From: Desulfosudis oleivorans | GTDB taxonomy: Bacteria; Desulfobacterota; Desulfobacteria; Desulfobacterales; SURF-7 | DNA: 64,000 nucleotides | NCBI GenBank assembly: GCA_020723305.1 | Contig: DYJC01000001.1 | Span: 392,661-456,660, forward strand | Direction: 5' to 3' | Shown here: positions 9,260-20,110 of the stretch, one piece after another | How positions within the stretch are numbered: the stretch's first letter is position 1 | Layout of the letters: each line of letters begins with the position of its first letter | Notes under the pieces: generated by a model | Database searches by the model: none | What the model was told of the DNA's origin: nothing | The model's input: the letters and a program-made list of their open reading frames with translations, nothing else | Made by a program: the position numbers and the translations under genes

Positions 9260-10678
9260 TTAAAACTCTCCTCCAAGCGGTTTCTCAATCCCTAGTTTCT
9301 CAAATCGATACCGCAGGGAACGAAAACTCATTCCCAGGAGCTCCGCTGCCCGGTTCTTGTTACCATTGGTATACTCAAGTGCTTTTTTGACATAGGCCGC
9401 TTCAATGGTCTCCATGATCTCATCCAGATTGACACCATGGGAAACATCATCCAGGTCAAACCGCCGTCCCTTTACGCCCTCAATCCATCTTCGTTTATGA
9501 ATGGAGATCGAAAGACTCTCCGGCAGAATGATATTGGTTGCAGACAGCGTAACACTGCGTTCAATCAGGTTTTCCAGTTCCCGTATATTTCCCGGAAAAT
9601 CATACTTGTTTAACAGATCAATGGCATAGGAAGAAATCTTGGTCATCTCCTTGCCGGTTTCCTTGGCGTATTTTTCTAAAAAATACTGGGCCAGCGCTTT
9701 TAAGTCTGATTTTCTCTCCCGGAGAGGAGGGACCTTTATCTGTATCACATTAAGCCGGTAAAACAGATCTTCCCTGAACTTGCCTGCAATCACTTCTTCT
9801 TCGAGATTTTTGTTGGTCGCGGATATAATCCGGATATCGACCGAAATATCATTGGTTCCGCCGACACACCGGAACACCCGCTCCTGTACTGCACGTAAAA
9901 TTTTTACCTGCAGGGGAAGAGTCAACTCTCCAATCTCATCCAGAAAGATGGTTCCATTGTGGGCAATCTCAAACAACCCCTTTTTATCCTGGGTCGCTCC
10001 GGTAAAAGCCCCTTTCTTATGACCGAACAGCTCGCTCTCCATCAACGATTCGGGTATGCCGCCACAATTCACGACCACAAAGGGATTGTTCCTCCGGTTG
10101 CTCTGCTCATGAATCGCTTTTGCGATAAATTCCTTACCGGTTCCGCTTTCTCCGGTGACTAGAATATTTGTCCGGGTCTTAGCCACTTGCCGAATCATTT
10201 CATAGATTCGAATCATCCCGGGACTGTTCCCGACAATTTTCCCAAAATGAAGATTTTTTTTCAGCTCATCATCCAGGATCTCTTTTTCATGTTCTATGGT
10301 TTTCAGATCCAGCGCGTTGGCGATCGTCCTTTTCAGCTCATCATTGTTAAAAGGTTTGGGGACGTAATCATAAGCGCCTTTATTCATGGCTTCAACCGCT
10401 GCCTCTGTGGTTGAATAGGCAGAGATCATGATCACAACTGTTGCGGGATCTTTCTGCTTTGCTTCCTGTAACACTTCTATTCCGCTGATGTCACCCAGCC
10501 GGATATCACAAAGCAACAGGTCAAAACGGGTTTCCTGTATCATGGATTTGGCTGTCTTACCGGTTCCGGCAATGGAAACCCGATAGCCGGCTCTGGTCAG
10601 CATAACCTCAAGAAATTCCTGCATGCTCAGTTCATCATCAACGACAAGGATGTGAGAACGTCCGTTAGAATCTGGCAT
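9260..10678 (-). CDS. Sigma-54-dependent response regulator (REC + AAA+ + Fis-type HTH; NtrC/PilR type)
   Basis: REC domain (ILVVDDE, CDIRLGD), Walker A GESGTGKE, the GAFTGA loop, and a C-terminal HTH (NKNRAAELLGMSFRSLRYR). The start was moved to the internal ATG (MPDSNGRSHILVVDD, complement of 10676-10678); the 35 codons further upstream in the track ORF look non-coding. Confidence 0.85.
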   Translation of the reverse strand: MPDSNGRSHILVVDDELSMQEFLEVMLTRAGYRVSIAGTGKTAKSMIQETRFDLLLCDIRLGDISGIEVLQEAKQKDPATVVIMISAYSTTEAAVEAMNKGAYDYVPKPFNNDELKRTIANALDLKTIEHEKEILDDELKKNLHFGKIVGNSPGMIRIYEMIRQVAKTRTNILVTGESGTGKEFIAKAIHEQSNRRNNPFVVVNCGGIPESLMESELFGHKKGAFTGATQDKKGLFEIAHNGTIFLDEIGELTLPLQVKILRAVQERVFRCVGGTNDISVDIRIISATNKNLEEEVIAGKFREDLFYRLNVIQIKVPPLRERKSDLKALAQYFLEKYAKETGKEMTKISSYAIDLLNKYDFPGNIRELENLIERSVTLSATNIILPESLSISIHKRRWIEGVKGRRFDLDDVSHGVNLDEIMETIEAAYVKKALEYTNGNKNRAAELLGMSFRSLRYRFEKLGIEKPLGGEF

Positions 10679-10816
10679 ATTTGTGAAAAATGTTCCGGTA
10701 TCGGTTATCCGTAATACATAAGGACGAGTAAATTTCCGACCAAGTCCAACCAACCTGGTCGGTTGGCACGCTACTAAGTACAACCATGCTTGTCAATAGG
10801 ATTTTTCTACTCTTTC

Positions 10817-12115
10817 TCATGCATTGGCGTAATCTGAGCTTTCAGTAAAGACGATGTTTCCTCCAACGATGGTAACCACGGCTTTCCCCGTCATCTGCCG
10901 TCCCTGAAACGGAGTGTTACGGCTTTTGGAATAAAATCTTTCAATATCAATCGTGTATGAAAACTCAGGATCAATAACGGTGATATCTGCAGGAAGCCCC
11001 TCTCTGATTCCTGTCTCAAGCCCCAGAATTTTTGCAGGATTTTCGGTCATTTTCTGGATTAGGGTTTCCATCGTAATCACTTTATCTTTCACAAGTCTCA
11101 ATGAGAGCGGAAGTGACGTTTCAAGACCAATGATGCCATTGGCTGCCAAGCTGAATTCAATATCTTTTTCAAGGGAAGAATGTGGCGCGTGATCTGTGGC
11201 AATCACGTCGATTGTTCCATCAGCCAGACCTTGCCGGACAGCCTCTTTATCCTTGAGAGATCGTAAAGGAGGATTCATCTTGAAGTTTGTATTATACTCA
11301 ATAATATCCTCATCTGTCAAAGAAAAATAATGGGGAGCGGTTTCAGCCGTGACAGGAAGTCCTCTTTTTTTAGCGTCCCGGATGGCCTCAACCGACTCTT
11401 TTGTACTGACATGGGCGATATGAAGTCTGGCGCCGGTCAGCTCACATAAAGCAATATCCCGCATTACCATGACTGCTTCCGATGCATTTGGTATACCAGA
11501 GAGTCCCATCCGGGTGGCTGTCGGGCCCTCATTCATAACGCCATTTCCGGAAAGCTGAAGATCCTCTGCATGAGAAATTACAAGCAAATCAAAACCCATG
11601 GCATACTCCATGGCTCTTCGCATAAGTTGAGAATCGGATACCGGAAGCCCGTCATCGGTAACAGCAACTGCACCGGAAAGCTTGAGCTCTCCAAATGCGG
11701 ATAGTGCTTTTCCCTTAAGCCCCATACTGATGGATGCAACCGGATATACGCGGGCCTTTCCAGCCTGTCTGGCCTTTCTTATGATATACTCTGTAATTTC
11801 AGCACAATCATTTACAGGATTTGTATTGGGCATCGAACAAACGGCTGTAAATCCTCCGCTAGCTGCCGCCATGCAACCGGAGGCGATGGTTTCTTTATAC
11901 TCATGACCCGGTTCTCTCAGGTGAACATGCATATCAATCAGACCAGGAGCAACAATTTTACCATTTGCATCGATCACCACGTCTTCTTGTTTTATGGACT
12001 CTTTATATGTCCCGGGTTTCTGGATTTCAGCAATCTTCCCATTCTGAACAATAATATCATAACAACCTGTAATGTTGCCGGGATCAATCAGAGTCCCTCC
12101 TTTAATCATCAGCAT
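10817..12115 (-). CDS. pyrC: Dihydroorotase
   Basis: [10 protein letters not shown] metal-binding motif, length 432 aa, overlapping the end of pyrB. Confidence 0.9.
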   Translation of the reverse strand: MLMIKGGTLIDPGNITGCYDIIVQNGKIAEIQKPGTYKESIKQEDVVIDANGKIVAPGLIDMHVHLREPGHEYKETIASGCMAAASGGFTAVCSMPNTNPVNDCAEITEYIIRKARQAGKARVYPVASISMGLKGKALSAFGELKLSGAVAVTDDGLPVSDSQLMRRAMEYAMGFDLLVISHAEDLQLSGNGVMNEGPTATRMGLSGIPNASEAVMVMRDIALCELTGARLHIAHVSTKESVEAIRDAKKRGLPVTAETAPHYFSLTDEDIIEYNTNFKMNPPLRSLKDKEAVRQGLADGTIDVIATDHAPHSSLEKDIEFSLAANGIIGLETSLPLSLRLVKDKVITMETLIQKMTENPAKILGLETGIREGLPADITVIDPEFSYTIDIERFYSKSRNTPFQGRQMTGKAVVTIVGGNIVFTESSDYANA

Positions 12116-13037
12116 TTCTGATCCCTCCAGCCAGTAGATAAAAAAGTGCCATTCTTAAGGCTACCCCATTGGTTACCTGGTCCAGTATAATGGAATGTTT
12201 CCCGTCAGCAATGGCCGGTGAAATTTCTACACCCCGGTTTATGGGGCCGGGATGCATGATCAGAACATCCGGCTTCATTATCTTCATTCTCTTTTCCGAG
12301 AGCCCGTATTCTCTGGCATATTCTCTTTCCGTTGAAAATAAAAAAGAAGATTGTCTCTCCTTTTGAATTCGAAGCATCATTACCACATCTGCATTCTGAA
12401 CCGCCAGATCCACTGAATGGGAAACCGATGCCCCCAAATGTTCAATACCCTTTGGAATCATGGTCCGTGGTCCGGAAACAACTACGTCTGCGCCCATTTT
12501 CGTAAACCCGATAATGTTTGAACGGGCAACCCTGCTATGAGAAATATCCCCGATAATCGCAATCCGAAGACCGAGAAGATCCCCTTTCCTCTCCCTGACC
12601 GTCATCATATCCAGAAGTGCCTGGGAAGGATGTGCATGTGTCCCATCACCGGCATTGATAATCGATGTGTTTAAATATCGACTCAACATGTGAGGCGCTC
12701 CTGAAGCAGAATGCCGGATGACAATCACATCCGGCCTCATCGCCTCAAGATTTCTTGCCGTGTCAATCAAGGTTTCTCCCTTAACCATGCTGCTGGAACC
12801 AGCAGAAAGGGAAACACAATCCGCACTTAATCTCTTTGCAGCAATATCAAAAGAAAGTTTTGTCCTTGTGCTGGGTTCATAAAAAAACAGAACAACGGTT
12901 TTCCCCCGAAGGGTTGGAACCTTTTTAATGGGCCGTTCTGAGATCTCCTTCATCTTATCCGCTGTATCCAGAATAAAAGAGATCTCCTCTTTAGATAAGG
13001 AAGCAATATCAAGAATATCTTTTCTATTAAATTCCAT
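12102..13037 (-). CDS. pyrB: Aspartate carbamoyltransferase catalytic subunit
   Basis: STRTKLSFD carbamoyl-phosphate motif and [12 protein letters not shown] motifs. Confidence 0.9.
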   Translation of the reverse strand: MEFNRKDILDIASLSKEEISFILDTADKMKEISERPIKKVPTLRGKTVVLFFYEPSTRTKLSFDIAAKRLSADCVSLSAGSSSMVKGETLIDTARNLEAMRPDVIVIRHSASGAPHMLSRYLNTSIINAGDGTHAHPSQALLDMMTVRERKGDLLGLRIAIIGDISHSRVARSNIIGFTKMGADVVVSGPRTMIPKGIEHLGASVSHSVDLAVQNADVVMMLRIQKERQSSFLFSTEREYAREYGLSEKRMKIMKPDVLIMHPGPINRGVEISPAIADGKHSIILDQVTNGVALRMALFYLLAGGIRNADD

Positions 13038-13049
13038 TTTGTTCCTGTT

Positions 13050-13697
13050 CTATTTCAGCAATTGACCCATTCGACCCCAACGGACATAATCAAGAATTGA
13101 ATTCTGGTTCTCCCCATCCCAGGACCAATAAATAATAAAGGCTTTTCCTTTGATGGCTTTCAGTTTGACAAATCCCCAGAAACGGCTGTCATGGCTGTTG
13201 TCCCGGTTGTCACCCATCACAAAAAGAGAATCTTCCGGCACGGTTACCGGCCCGAAATTATCACGGCCCGGGAGACTTCGGTTATCCGTGAAAATGGCAA
13301 AATCCTGATCTAACATGCTATTGTTCACATACACCTTTTTATCCCGAATCTCTACGCGATCCCCGGCAACACCAATGACCCTTTTGATAAAATCCTTTGA
13401 TGGATCATCCGGATATTCAAAAACCACAATATCCTCCCGTTGAGGATCTTTAATCGGAATCAGCGTGGCCCCGATAAAAGGCAATTTGATACCGTATATG
13501 AACTTGTTGACCAGAATATGATCTCCGATGAGAAGGGTGTTTTTCATTGAACCGGATGGTATTTTAAAGGCCTGTACAACAAACGTTCTGATAAATAAGG
13601 CCAAAACAACAGCCACCAGGATCGCTTCAATGTTTTCCCTGAGACTGCTCTTCTTTTTTTTAATGTTTTTCTTTTCTGTCTCTTTATTCTGTTTCAA
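13050..13697 (-). CDS. lepB: Signal peptidase I
   Basis: N-terminal TM segment, catalytic SGSM motif and GDNRDNSHDSRFWG box. Confidence 0.87.
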   Translation of the reverse strand: MKQNKETEKKNIKKKKSSLRENIEAILVAVVLALFIRTFVVQAFKIPSGSMKNTLLIGDHILVNKFIYGIKLPFIGATLIPIKDPQREDIVVFEYPDDPSKDFIKRVIGVAGDRVEIRDKKVYVNNSMLDQDFAIFTDNRSLPGRDNFGPVTVPEDSLFVMGDNRDNSHDSRFWGFVKLKAIKGKAFIIYWSWDGENQNSILDYVRWGRMGQLLK

Positions 13698-13806
13698 TTC
13701 GGCCTATACCTTATTAAAAAATTTTAATGAAAACTCATATCCGATGCATATAAAACCATTTCAGATTGTATGCTGTCAGACTCCCGAAAAAAAAATCGAT
13801 ATTCAA

Positions 13807-14973
13807 CTAAACAGGCAAGGTGAATTGGGGCTCTCCGAGAAAAAACTCACCCTTCCGTATCCAATCTTTAAGAATTTCTGCAATCTCACGGGCTTTTACC
13901 ATGCTCGATAAGGGTACGGTAAGAACCTTTTTACCATCAAGTTCTATTGATCCGCTTTTCAATTCCGCATAGCTTACGGTTCCCAGACTATTGGAAATTC
14001 CATTCGGGTAGTCATTCCCGTAATCCACAATCTGAGTAAAAATTTCTTCATCGGAAATTGCCGTATATGAAGCCATTTCTTCATTCAATATCGGGATCGG
14101 TACGCCAAGACCGACTGCAAGAGAAATCCCGTACCCCTGTATACTCATCCCGACCAGCCACTTATGACTCATTTTCTTTAAATCCCCCATCACCCAGAGT
14201 GTACCGGCGGGTTTCATCGGAATCCCTTTCTCCGTACGCGGAACCGATGGATTATGCTGTGTTCCCTGCCAGGTAACATATCCTTCTGCACCTCCTAAAA
14301 ATATCCGGGTGCCCAGGCCAATGGTTTTGTAATACGGGTCATTAAAGAGTGGGCTTAACTCACCGGAAGAACAGTAGTTTGCATTTCCTGCCTTTGGTTT
14401 CAAAGCCCCCATATACGTATAAATTGTCTTTCGGGTAAGATTTACAGCGCAATTATAATTCTGATATCCATTGCGCGGATTGCATAAAGTGGCAGAGGGC
14501 AGTTCTTTTAAGGTAATTTGCTTTTCAATGATTCGGTTGGGATAACATGAAGTTCCATAAGCCGTTGCTTTTAAGTGCACCTTTTTGCCGGCAACAAGAT
14601 CCTGAATCACATGTCCTCCGCCATAATTAAATTCGCCGGGCCAGACCTTATTCAGCGGGTCATCCTCACAGGTTTCGGTAGCGCCGATATAACAGTCAAC
14701 CGCAGCAAGTCCTCCATATGCAGGGACATTGTTCAACCAGACTTTGGCGGCTTTTATCGTTGGTGAGGAATGGCCAAAATTAATGAATGCGCCGGATGAA
14801 CACATTGGAGCAAAGGTTCCGGTGGTAACAACATCCACCTTTCTGGCTGCCTCAACCGGGCCTTCTTTTTTCACAATTCCGATTATTTCTTCGGCTGTTA
14901 CAACAACAACTTTTCCTGAACGAATTTTAGCATTTATTTCCTGGTAGGTCTTGTTGACTTTATATGCGGACAT
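13807..14973 (-). CDS. COG1900/DUF39 homocysteine biosynthesis (sulfur incorporation) protein
   Basis: 388 aa. The N-terminal region (KVVVVTAEE...VDVVTTGTFAPMCSSGAFINFGH) is as I recall for the MJ0100-type family. No NIL-ferredoxin partner is adjacent. Confidence 0.6.
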   Translation of the reverse strand: MSAYKVNKTYQEINAKIRSGKVVVVTAEEIIGIVKKEGPVEAARKVDVVTTGTFAPMCSSGAFINFGHSSPTIKAAKVWLNNVPAYGGLAAVDCYIGATETCEDDPLNKVWPGEFNYGGGHVIQDLVAGKKVHLKATAYGTSCYPNRIIEKQITLKELPSATLCNPRNGYQNYNCAVNLTRKTIYTYMGALKPKAGNANYCSSGELSPLFNDPYYKTIGLGTRIFLGGAEGYVTWQGTQHNPSVPRTEKGIPMKPAGTLWVMGDLKKMSHKWLVGMSIQGYGISLAVGLGVPIPILNEEMASYTAISDEEIFTQIVDYGNDYPNGISNSLGTVSYAELKSGSIELDGKKVLTVPLSSMVKAREIAEILKDWIRKGEFFLGEPQFTLPV

Positions 14974-15210
14974 TTATTTCCAATCCAGATTCATTGATCC
15001 GTCTTTTAGCTAACCAAATTTTATTATTGTTTGATTTCAACTCAGAAAAAACCTATCATCCAAGGGATTGATATAATTCTGACGACAATAACAACTTGAA
15101 ATCTGCTAATCAAGGTTTTTTTCGTACCTTGACTTTTCATCAGTCAAAAGTTAAGACTCAGGCAACGTAATGAAAACCATTTTTCTTCAAAACATTTTTT
15201 CAGATAACAT

Positions 15211-16044
15211 ATGAAAGCTATGGTGCAAATCGGAAATATCAAGGTCGGAGGAGCCAATCCTCTATTGTTAATTGCTGGTCCCTGTGTGATCGAAAATTAT
15301 GACAAAACATTTGAAATTGCTTCTTATCTGAAAAAACTGACCGAAAAACTTGAGATCCCCTTTGTATTCAAAGCATCGTATGACAAGGCCAACAGGACTT
15401 CAATCAATTCTTTTCGCGGCCCTGGGCTGAAAGATGGACTGGCAATTCTTCGCCAAATCAGAGCGAGCCTGGATATCCCGGTTTTGTCAGATGTTCATGC
15501 TATAAATGAAGTGGAACCTGCAGCCGAGGTTCTGGATATCATACAGATCCCTGCTTTTTTATGCCGTCAGACCGACTTGATTCTTGCCGTATCCCGGACC
15601 CAAAAACCAATCAATATTAAAAAAGGACAATTTCTGGCGCCTGGTGACATTCAAAATATTACAGAAAAAGCGACCTCAACCGGAAATCGAAAAATTACAA
15701 TTACAGAACGGGGTAGCATGTTTGGGTACAACAATCTGGTTGTTGACTTTCGAAGCATCAAAATTATACAGGAGTCAACCGGATTTCCTGTAATATTCGA
15801 CGCCACCCACAGTGTCCAGCTTCCGGGGGGAAGCGGGATAGTTTCCGGCGGTCAACGCGAGTTTGCTCCAATACTTGCCAAAGCGGCTGTAGCAGCAGGC
15901 GCGGACGGAGTATTTATCGAGGTGTATCCTGATCCGGATACAGCACGTTGCGACGGGCCCAATTCCCTGAGAATGGATCAACTTGAACCGTTTCTTTCTA
16001 CCCTCAAGACGATTCGGGGCATCATCCAGAAAGAATACATATAA
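15211..16044 (+). CDS. kdsA: 3-deoxy-8-phosphooctulonate (KDO-8-P) synthase
   Basis: LIAGPCVIE, FKASYDKANRTS and FDATHSVQLPGG motifs. Confidence 0.92.
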   Translation: MKAMVQIGNIKVGGANPLLLIAGPCVIENYDKTFEIASYLKKLTEKLEIPFVFKASYDKANRTSINSFRGPGLKDGLAILRQIRASLDIPVLSDVHAINEVEPAAEVLDIIQIPAFLCRQTDLILAVSRTQKPINIKKGQFLAPGDIQNITEKATSTGNRKITITERGSMFGYNNLVVDFRSIKIIQESTGFPVIFDATHSVQLPGGSGIVSGGQREFAPILAKAAVAAGADGVFIEVYPDPDTARCDGPNSLRMDQLEPFLSTLKTIRGIIQKEYI

Positions 16045-16568
16045 TGAACCAGCACCTTGCAAGCAGGCTGAAACAGATCCAACTGTTACTTCTTGATGTG
16101 GATGGTGTGCTCACGGATGGGATGATTATATATAATGATTCCAATGTTGAAACAAAAATGTTCCATGTGAAAGACGGGTTTGGTATCCGCCTGCTGATGG
16201 ACTTCGGAATCCAGGTTGGCATTGTCACAGGAAGATCCTCTTCTGTAGTCAACCATCGATGTAAAAATCTCGGGATTACAATGATTTTTGATGGTGTCCG
16301 AAACAAAGCCCAGGCTCTTGAAAACATTCTGCAGCAAACAGGAAAGACCTCTCAGGAAATCGCTTTTATCGGAGATGATTTTCCGGATCTTCCGATTATG
16401 AACCGTGTCGGACTCCCCATTGCTGTTGCAGATGCGCATGAACATGTTCGTAAGCAGGCTGCGTTTGTGACATCTTCAAATGGGGGCAAGGGAGCAGTCC
16501 GGGAAGTCAGCGAAGCCATCTTAAAGGCCAAAGGTCTATGGAACAACATTCTGGATATATATAAATAG
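16044..16568 (+). CDS. kdsC: KDO-8-phosphate phosphatase (HAD family)
   Basis: LLDVDGVLTDG HAD motif I and GDDFPDLP motif. The start overlaps the kdsA stop. Confidence 0.85.
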   Translation: MNQHLASRLKQIQLLLLDVDGVLTDGMIIYNDSNVETKMFHVKDGFGIRLLMDFGIQVGIVTGRSSSVVNHRCKNLGITMIFDGVRNKAQALENILQQTGKTSQEIAFIGDDFPDLPIMNRVGLPIAVADAHEHVRKQAAFVTSSNGGKGAVREVSEAILKAKGLWNNILDIYK

Positions 16569-16571
16569 TCA

Positions 16572-17150
16572 ATGCCGGATACCTCAAAAAAAATTAAAAC
16601 CATTCTGCTGATCTTGATTTTTCTGACTCTTGGAACCGTTATTTCCATTTTCATCGGCTTTCGAATGCTGTCAAAGAATCCGGATATACTGATTGATACC
16701 ATTAAAAACAATGCAACTCTTTCTATCGAAAACCTCCATCAAACTGCAACACGGGACGGAAAACAGGAGTGGACATTGGACGCAAAATCCGCACGCCTTA
16801 TACAAGCTCAATCAGGAAGCCGATCCATTCTGGAGAACCTGTCGATCGTTTTCTATCTCGAAAACCAAAACAATGCTCATTTGACCGCAAATCACGGGGT
16901 TCTGGAAAACAATACCAGTAATTTTACGGTAACCGGAAAGGTTGTCTTGATGAATCCTGATTACAATCTACATACGGAAGAGTTACGATACAACCATAAG
17001 GATCGGATACTTTATTCAACCTTACCAGCAGATATATCGGGGGAATTTTTACATTTCAGCGCTGAAAAAATATCATTTCAATTAAACACTCGCCAGGCCC
17101 GCCTGGAAGGAAAGGTTGAAGGGACTATCCGTGGCAAAATTCAACTCTAA
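16572..17150 (+). CDS. lptC: LPS export protein LptC
   Basis: Single N-terminal TM segment followed by a beta-jellyroll-like sequence. Its position between kdsC and lptA matches the conserved kdsC-lptC-lptA-lptB order. Confidence 0.7.
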   Translation: MPDTSKKIKTILLILIFLTLGTVISIFIGFRMLSKNPDILIDTIKNNATLSIENLHQTATRDGKQEWTLDAKSARLIQAQSGSRSILENLSIVFYLENQNNAHLTANHGVLENNTSNFTVTGKVVLMNPDYNLHTEELRYNHKDRILYSTLPADISGEFLHFSAEKISFQLNTRQARLEGKVEGTIRGKIQL

Positions 17151-17697
17151 ACCATCCCATTACAATATTATTGTAATCACCTTTATCTGTATTGTTTTTT
17201 TTATCATTCACAACATATTTGCTGCTGGTCCGGAAATCAAAAGCAGCTCAACAGCTGATAAACCGATTCACATCACCAGTGACCAGTTGAATATTAACGA
17301 TATGACCAAAGAAGCAGAATTCAAGGGAAATGTCCTGGCAACACAGGAAAATACCACTATTCAATCGGACACTCTTCAAATATTCTATAAAAAAGATCAA
17401 CCAGCGCTTGAAAACGTACCGAACAGCGTACAGTCCATTCAAAAAATCATCGCAAAAGGAAATGTAAAAATTAATTTTGATAACCGTCTTGCCGAAGCAG
17501 ACCAGGCAGTATATACGGCAGACAACGGGATTCTTGAACTAACCGGCGATAACTGCAAAGTTACTAGTGAAAAGAATATGATATCCGGCAAAAAGATCAT
17601 CTTCCATCGCAACGATGGACGTATCCAGGTCGAAAGCGGGCAAAACAGCAAAAGGGTTGAGGCCGTGATCCGTTCCGATGGAAAAGGCTTGAATTAA
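17116..17697 (+). CDS. lptA: LPS transport periplasmic protein LptA (OstA-like)
   Basis: Signal-like hydrophobic N-terminus followed by OstA-type repeats (PIHITSDQL...AEFKGNV...AKGNVKI). The start codon is uncertain (TTG in the track). Confidence 0.72.
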   Translation: MKGLSVAKFNSKPSHYNIIVITFICIVFFIIHNIFAAGPEIKSSSTADKPIHITSDQLNINDMTKEAEFKGNVLATQENTTIQSDTLQIFYKKDQPALENVPNSVQSIQKIIAKGNVKINFDNRLAEADQAVYTADNGILELTGDNCKVTSEKNMISGKKIIFHRNDGRIQVESGQNSKRVEAVIRSDGKGLN

Positions 17698-17932
17698 GAG
17701 CCTGATATTTTAACCACCTATGAAGCAGCACATTTATCTTTGAAATCCCCCCGTTCCCTCTTTCAAGAAGTTGTCATTCCGGAAAAGTGCTGCTCAGAAT
17801 AATACTGTTATGATAAATCCATTGATTCTGCTTTCAATCTGGATTATAACCAATACAAGATACTGAGATGGATCAACTGGATTTTTTAAATTCAATAGTT
17901 ACTTATAGAAAAATATCAAAAAACGCATCTGA

Positions 17933-18658
17933 ATGCCCACTCTGGAGCTTAAAAATCTGGAAAAATCGTATCATGGAAGGCGTGTTGTTGATTCCGTAAG
18001 CATTGAGGTGAACAGTTCAGATGTTGTCGGTCTGTTAGGACCCAACGGGGCCGGTAAAACAACCACATTTTACATGGCCGTTGGAATGATCAGGGCGGAT
18101 AGAGGCAATGTTTTCATCAACCAGGAAGATATCACGGATTTTCCAATGTACCAGAGAGCAAGAAGAGGAATCGGGTATCTTCCACAGGAGGTATCAATCT
18201 TTAAAAAGTTGACCGTCAAAGAAAATGTTATGGCCATCCTTGAAATTCTACCGATCTCGGATTCAGAGAGGGAAACACGAGCAAATACACTGCTTGAGGA
18301 CTTGGGCATTAGACACCTCTCAGATAATTATGCAAGTGTTCTATCCGGAGGAGAAAGGCGGCGACTCGAAATCACAAGAGTATTGGCTACAAAGCCTTCA
18401 TTTATTCTGCTGGATGAGCCCTTTGCCGGTATAGATCCGCTTGCGATTATTGATATCCAAAAAATTATCAGACAGTTAACAAAACGCGGAATCGGTATTT
18501 TAATATCCGATCATAATGTAAGAGAAACCCTTGGCGTTTGTGACAAGGCTTTTATTCTGAATAACGGCAAGGTGATCGAATCCGGAAATCCGGAAAAAAT
18601 TGCTTCCAGCGAAACAGCCCGAAAAATTTATCTGGGAGAGGAGTTTAAACTTTACTAA
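17933..18658 (+). CDS. lptB: LPS export ABC transporter ATPase LptB
   Basis: Walker A GPNGAGKTT, signature LSGGERRRLEI, Walker B ILLDEP. Confidence 0.92.
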   Translation: MPTLELKNLEKSYHGRRVVDSVSIEVNSSDVVGLLGPNGAGKTTTFYMAVGMIRADRGNVFINQEDITDFPMYQRARRGIGYLPQEVSIFKKLTVKENVMAILEILPISDSERETRANTLLEDLGIRHLSDNYASVLSGGERRRLEITRVLATKPSFILLDEPFAGIDPLAIIDIQKIIRQLTKRGIGILISDHNVRETLGVCDKAFILNNGKVIESGNPEKIASSETARKIYLGEEFKLY

Positions 18659-18661
18659 AGC

Positions 18662-20101
18662 ATGGCACTTGAATTACGACAACAACTCAAATTGACCCAG
18701 CAGCTGATCATGACTCCCCAGCTGCAAATGGCGATCAAACTGCTCCAGTTGTCCAGGCTTGAAATGGTGGATATGATCAGCCAGGAATTGGAAAACAATC
18801 CTGCACTTGAAGAGTTTCAGGATGCCGCTGATGACAATATCGCCCCAAAACAAACGGAAATTTCAGAACCTGAAATTGATACAACTGTATTGAAAGAAGT
18901 CCGCGTTGAGGAAAATATCCAGAATGATATTGATTGGAGCAACTACCTCGATGAATACAATACGCCAGGCAGAACCAATTTTGAAACCGAAAAAAAAGAT
19001 GCTCCTGTTTATGAAACGTTTATTGCCGGCAAGAAGTCTTTAAAGGACCATTTGCTGTGGCAACTGTTGATGATATTACCATCCGATCTCGAAGAAAAAA
19101 TCGGGAGTCTGATTATCGGGAATCTGAATCGCGACGGGTATCTTGAAATCAGTATTGAAGAGATCGCCCAAACGAGCGGTCAACCTGTCCAGATTGTCGA
19201 GTATATACTTAAAACACTGCAAACATTTGATCCAATTGGTGTTTGTGCCAGAGACCTGAAAGAATGCCTGCTGATTCAGGCAGAGCATTTTGGACTGGCT
19301 GATCCAATTGTTGTTGAAATTATCACTAACCATATCAAGCATCTTGAAAATAAAAACTATAAAGCAATCTGCAAGGCGCTCAAAATATCGATTAAAGAAG
19401 TAGTCACTGCTGTAAATATTATCCGGATGCTGGAACCAAAGCCAGGACGCGAATATTCTGAAGAGGAACCACAATATATCAGTCCTGATATTTACGTATA
19501 TAAATATGAAGATGAGTTCATCATTATGCTCAATGATGATGGAATGCCCAAACTGCGGATTAACCCCTACTATAAAAAAGCAGTCAGCCGTGGTGAAAAA
19601 ATCGAAAGCAAAACCAAAGATTATCTCCAGGATAAAATGCGCTCAGCAGCCTGGTTGATCAGAAGTATCCACCAGCGGCAAAAAACCATTTATAAAGTGA
19701 TGGAGAGTATTTTAAAATTTCAAAAAGATTTTTTTGAAAAAGGCATCTCACACCTGAAGCCAATGGTTCTTCGGGATGTTGCCCAGGATATTGAAATGCA
19801 TGAGTCAACCATAAGCCGGGTCACAACAAACAAATATGCCTATACTCCACAGGGGATATTTGAGCTGAAATATTTCTTCAATAGTTCAATCAACCGTTTA
19901 CACGGTGAAGCAATTGCTTCCACCAGTGTGCAGGATAAAATACGAAAAATCATCGAATCAGAGGATGCGAGAAGGCCTCACAGCGATGATAAAATTGCAA
20001 AATTACTAAAGGAGGCGAATATCGATATTGCAAGAAGAACAGTTGCCAAGTACCGAGAATTGTTAGGAGTATTATCTTCCAATAAACGAAAACAGTATTA
20101 G
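18662..20101 (+). CDS. rpoN: RNA polymerase sigma-54 factor
   Basis: N-terminal Gln/Leu-rich region I (LKLTQQLIMTPQLQMAIKLLQL) and the C-terminal RpoN box ARRTVAKYRE. Confidence 0.96.
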   Translation: MALELRQQLKLTQQLIMTPQLQMAIKLLQLSRLEMVDMISQELENNPALEEFQDAADDNIAPKQTEISEPEIDTTVLKEVRVEENIQNDIDWSNYLDEYNTPGRTNFETEKKDAPVYETFIAGKKSLKDHLLWQLLMILPSDLEEKIGSLIIGNLNRDGYLEISIEEIAQTSGQPVQIVEYILKTLQTFDPIGVCARDLKECLLIQAEHFGLADPIVVEIITNHIKHLENKNYKAICKALKISIKEVVTAVNIIRMLEPKPGREYSEEEPQYISPDIYVYKYEDEFIIMLNDDGMPKLRINPYYKKAVSRGEKIESKTKDYLQDKMRSAAWLIRSIHQRQKTIYKVMESILKFQKDFFEKGISHLKPMVLRDVAQDIEMHESTISRVTTNKYAYTPQGIFELKYFFNSSINRLHGEAIASTSVQDKIRKIIESEDARRPHSDDKIAKLLKEANIDIARRTVAKYRELLGVLSSNKRKQY

Positions 20102-20110
20102 GGAGGTACT

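Noticed and set aside
14974-15210. A search for a SAM/SAH-type riboswitch in the leader of the COG1900 homocysteine-synthesis gene. A 10-bp imperfect inverted repeat was noted at about 15127-15154.
   Set aside because: I could not recognise conserved riboswitch core sequences. The inverted repeat alone is insufficient to call a regulatory element.
16022-16711. Several 100-120-aa minus-strand ORFs overlapping kdsC and lptC.
   Set aside because: They are antisense to well-supported genes of the kds/lpt operon and carry no motifs.
17698-17932. An unusually long (235 bp) lptA-lptB spacer, checked for a hidden ORF or RNA.
   Set aside because: No ORF with an RBS, repeat or convincing hairpin was found. 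It was left unannotated.
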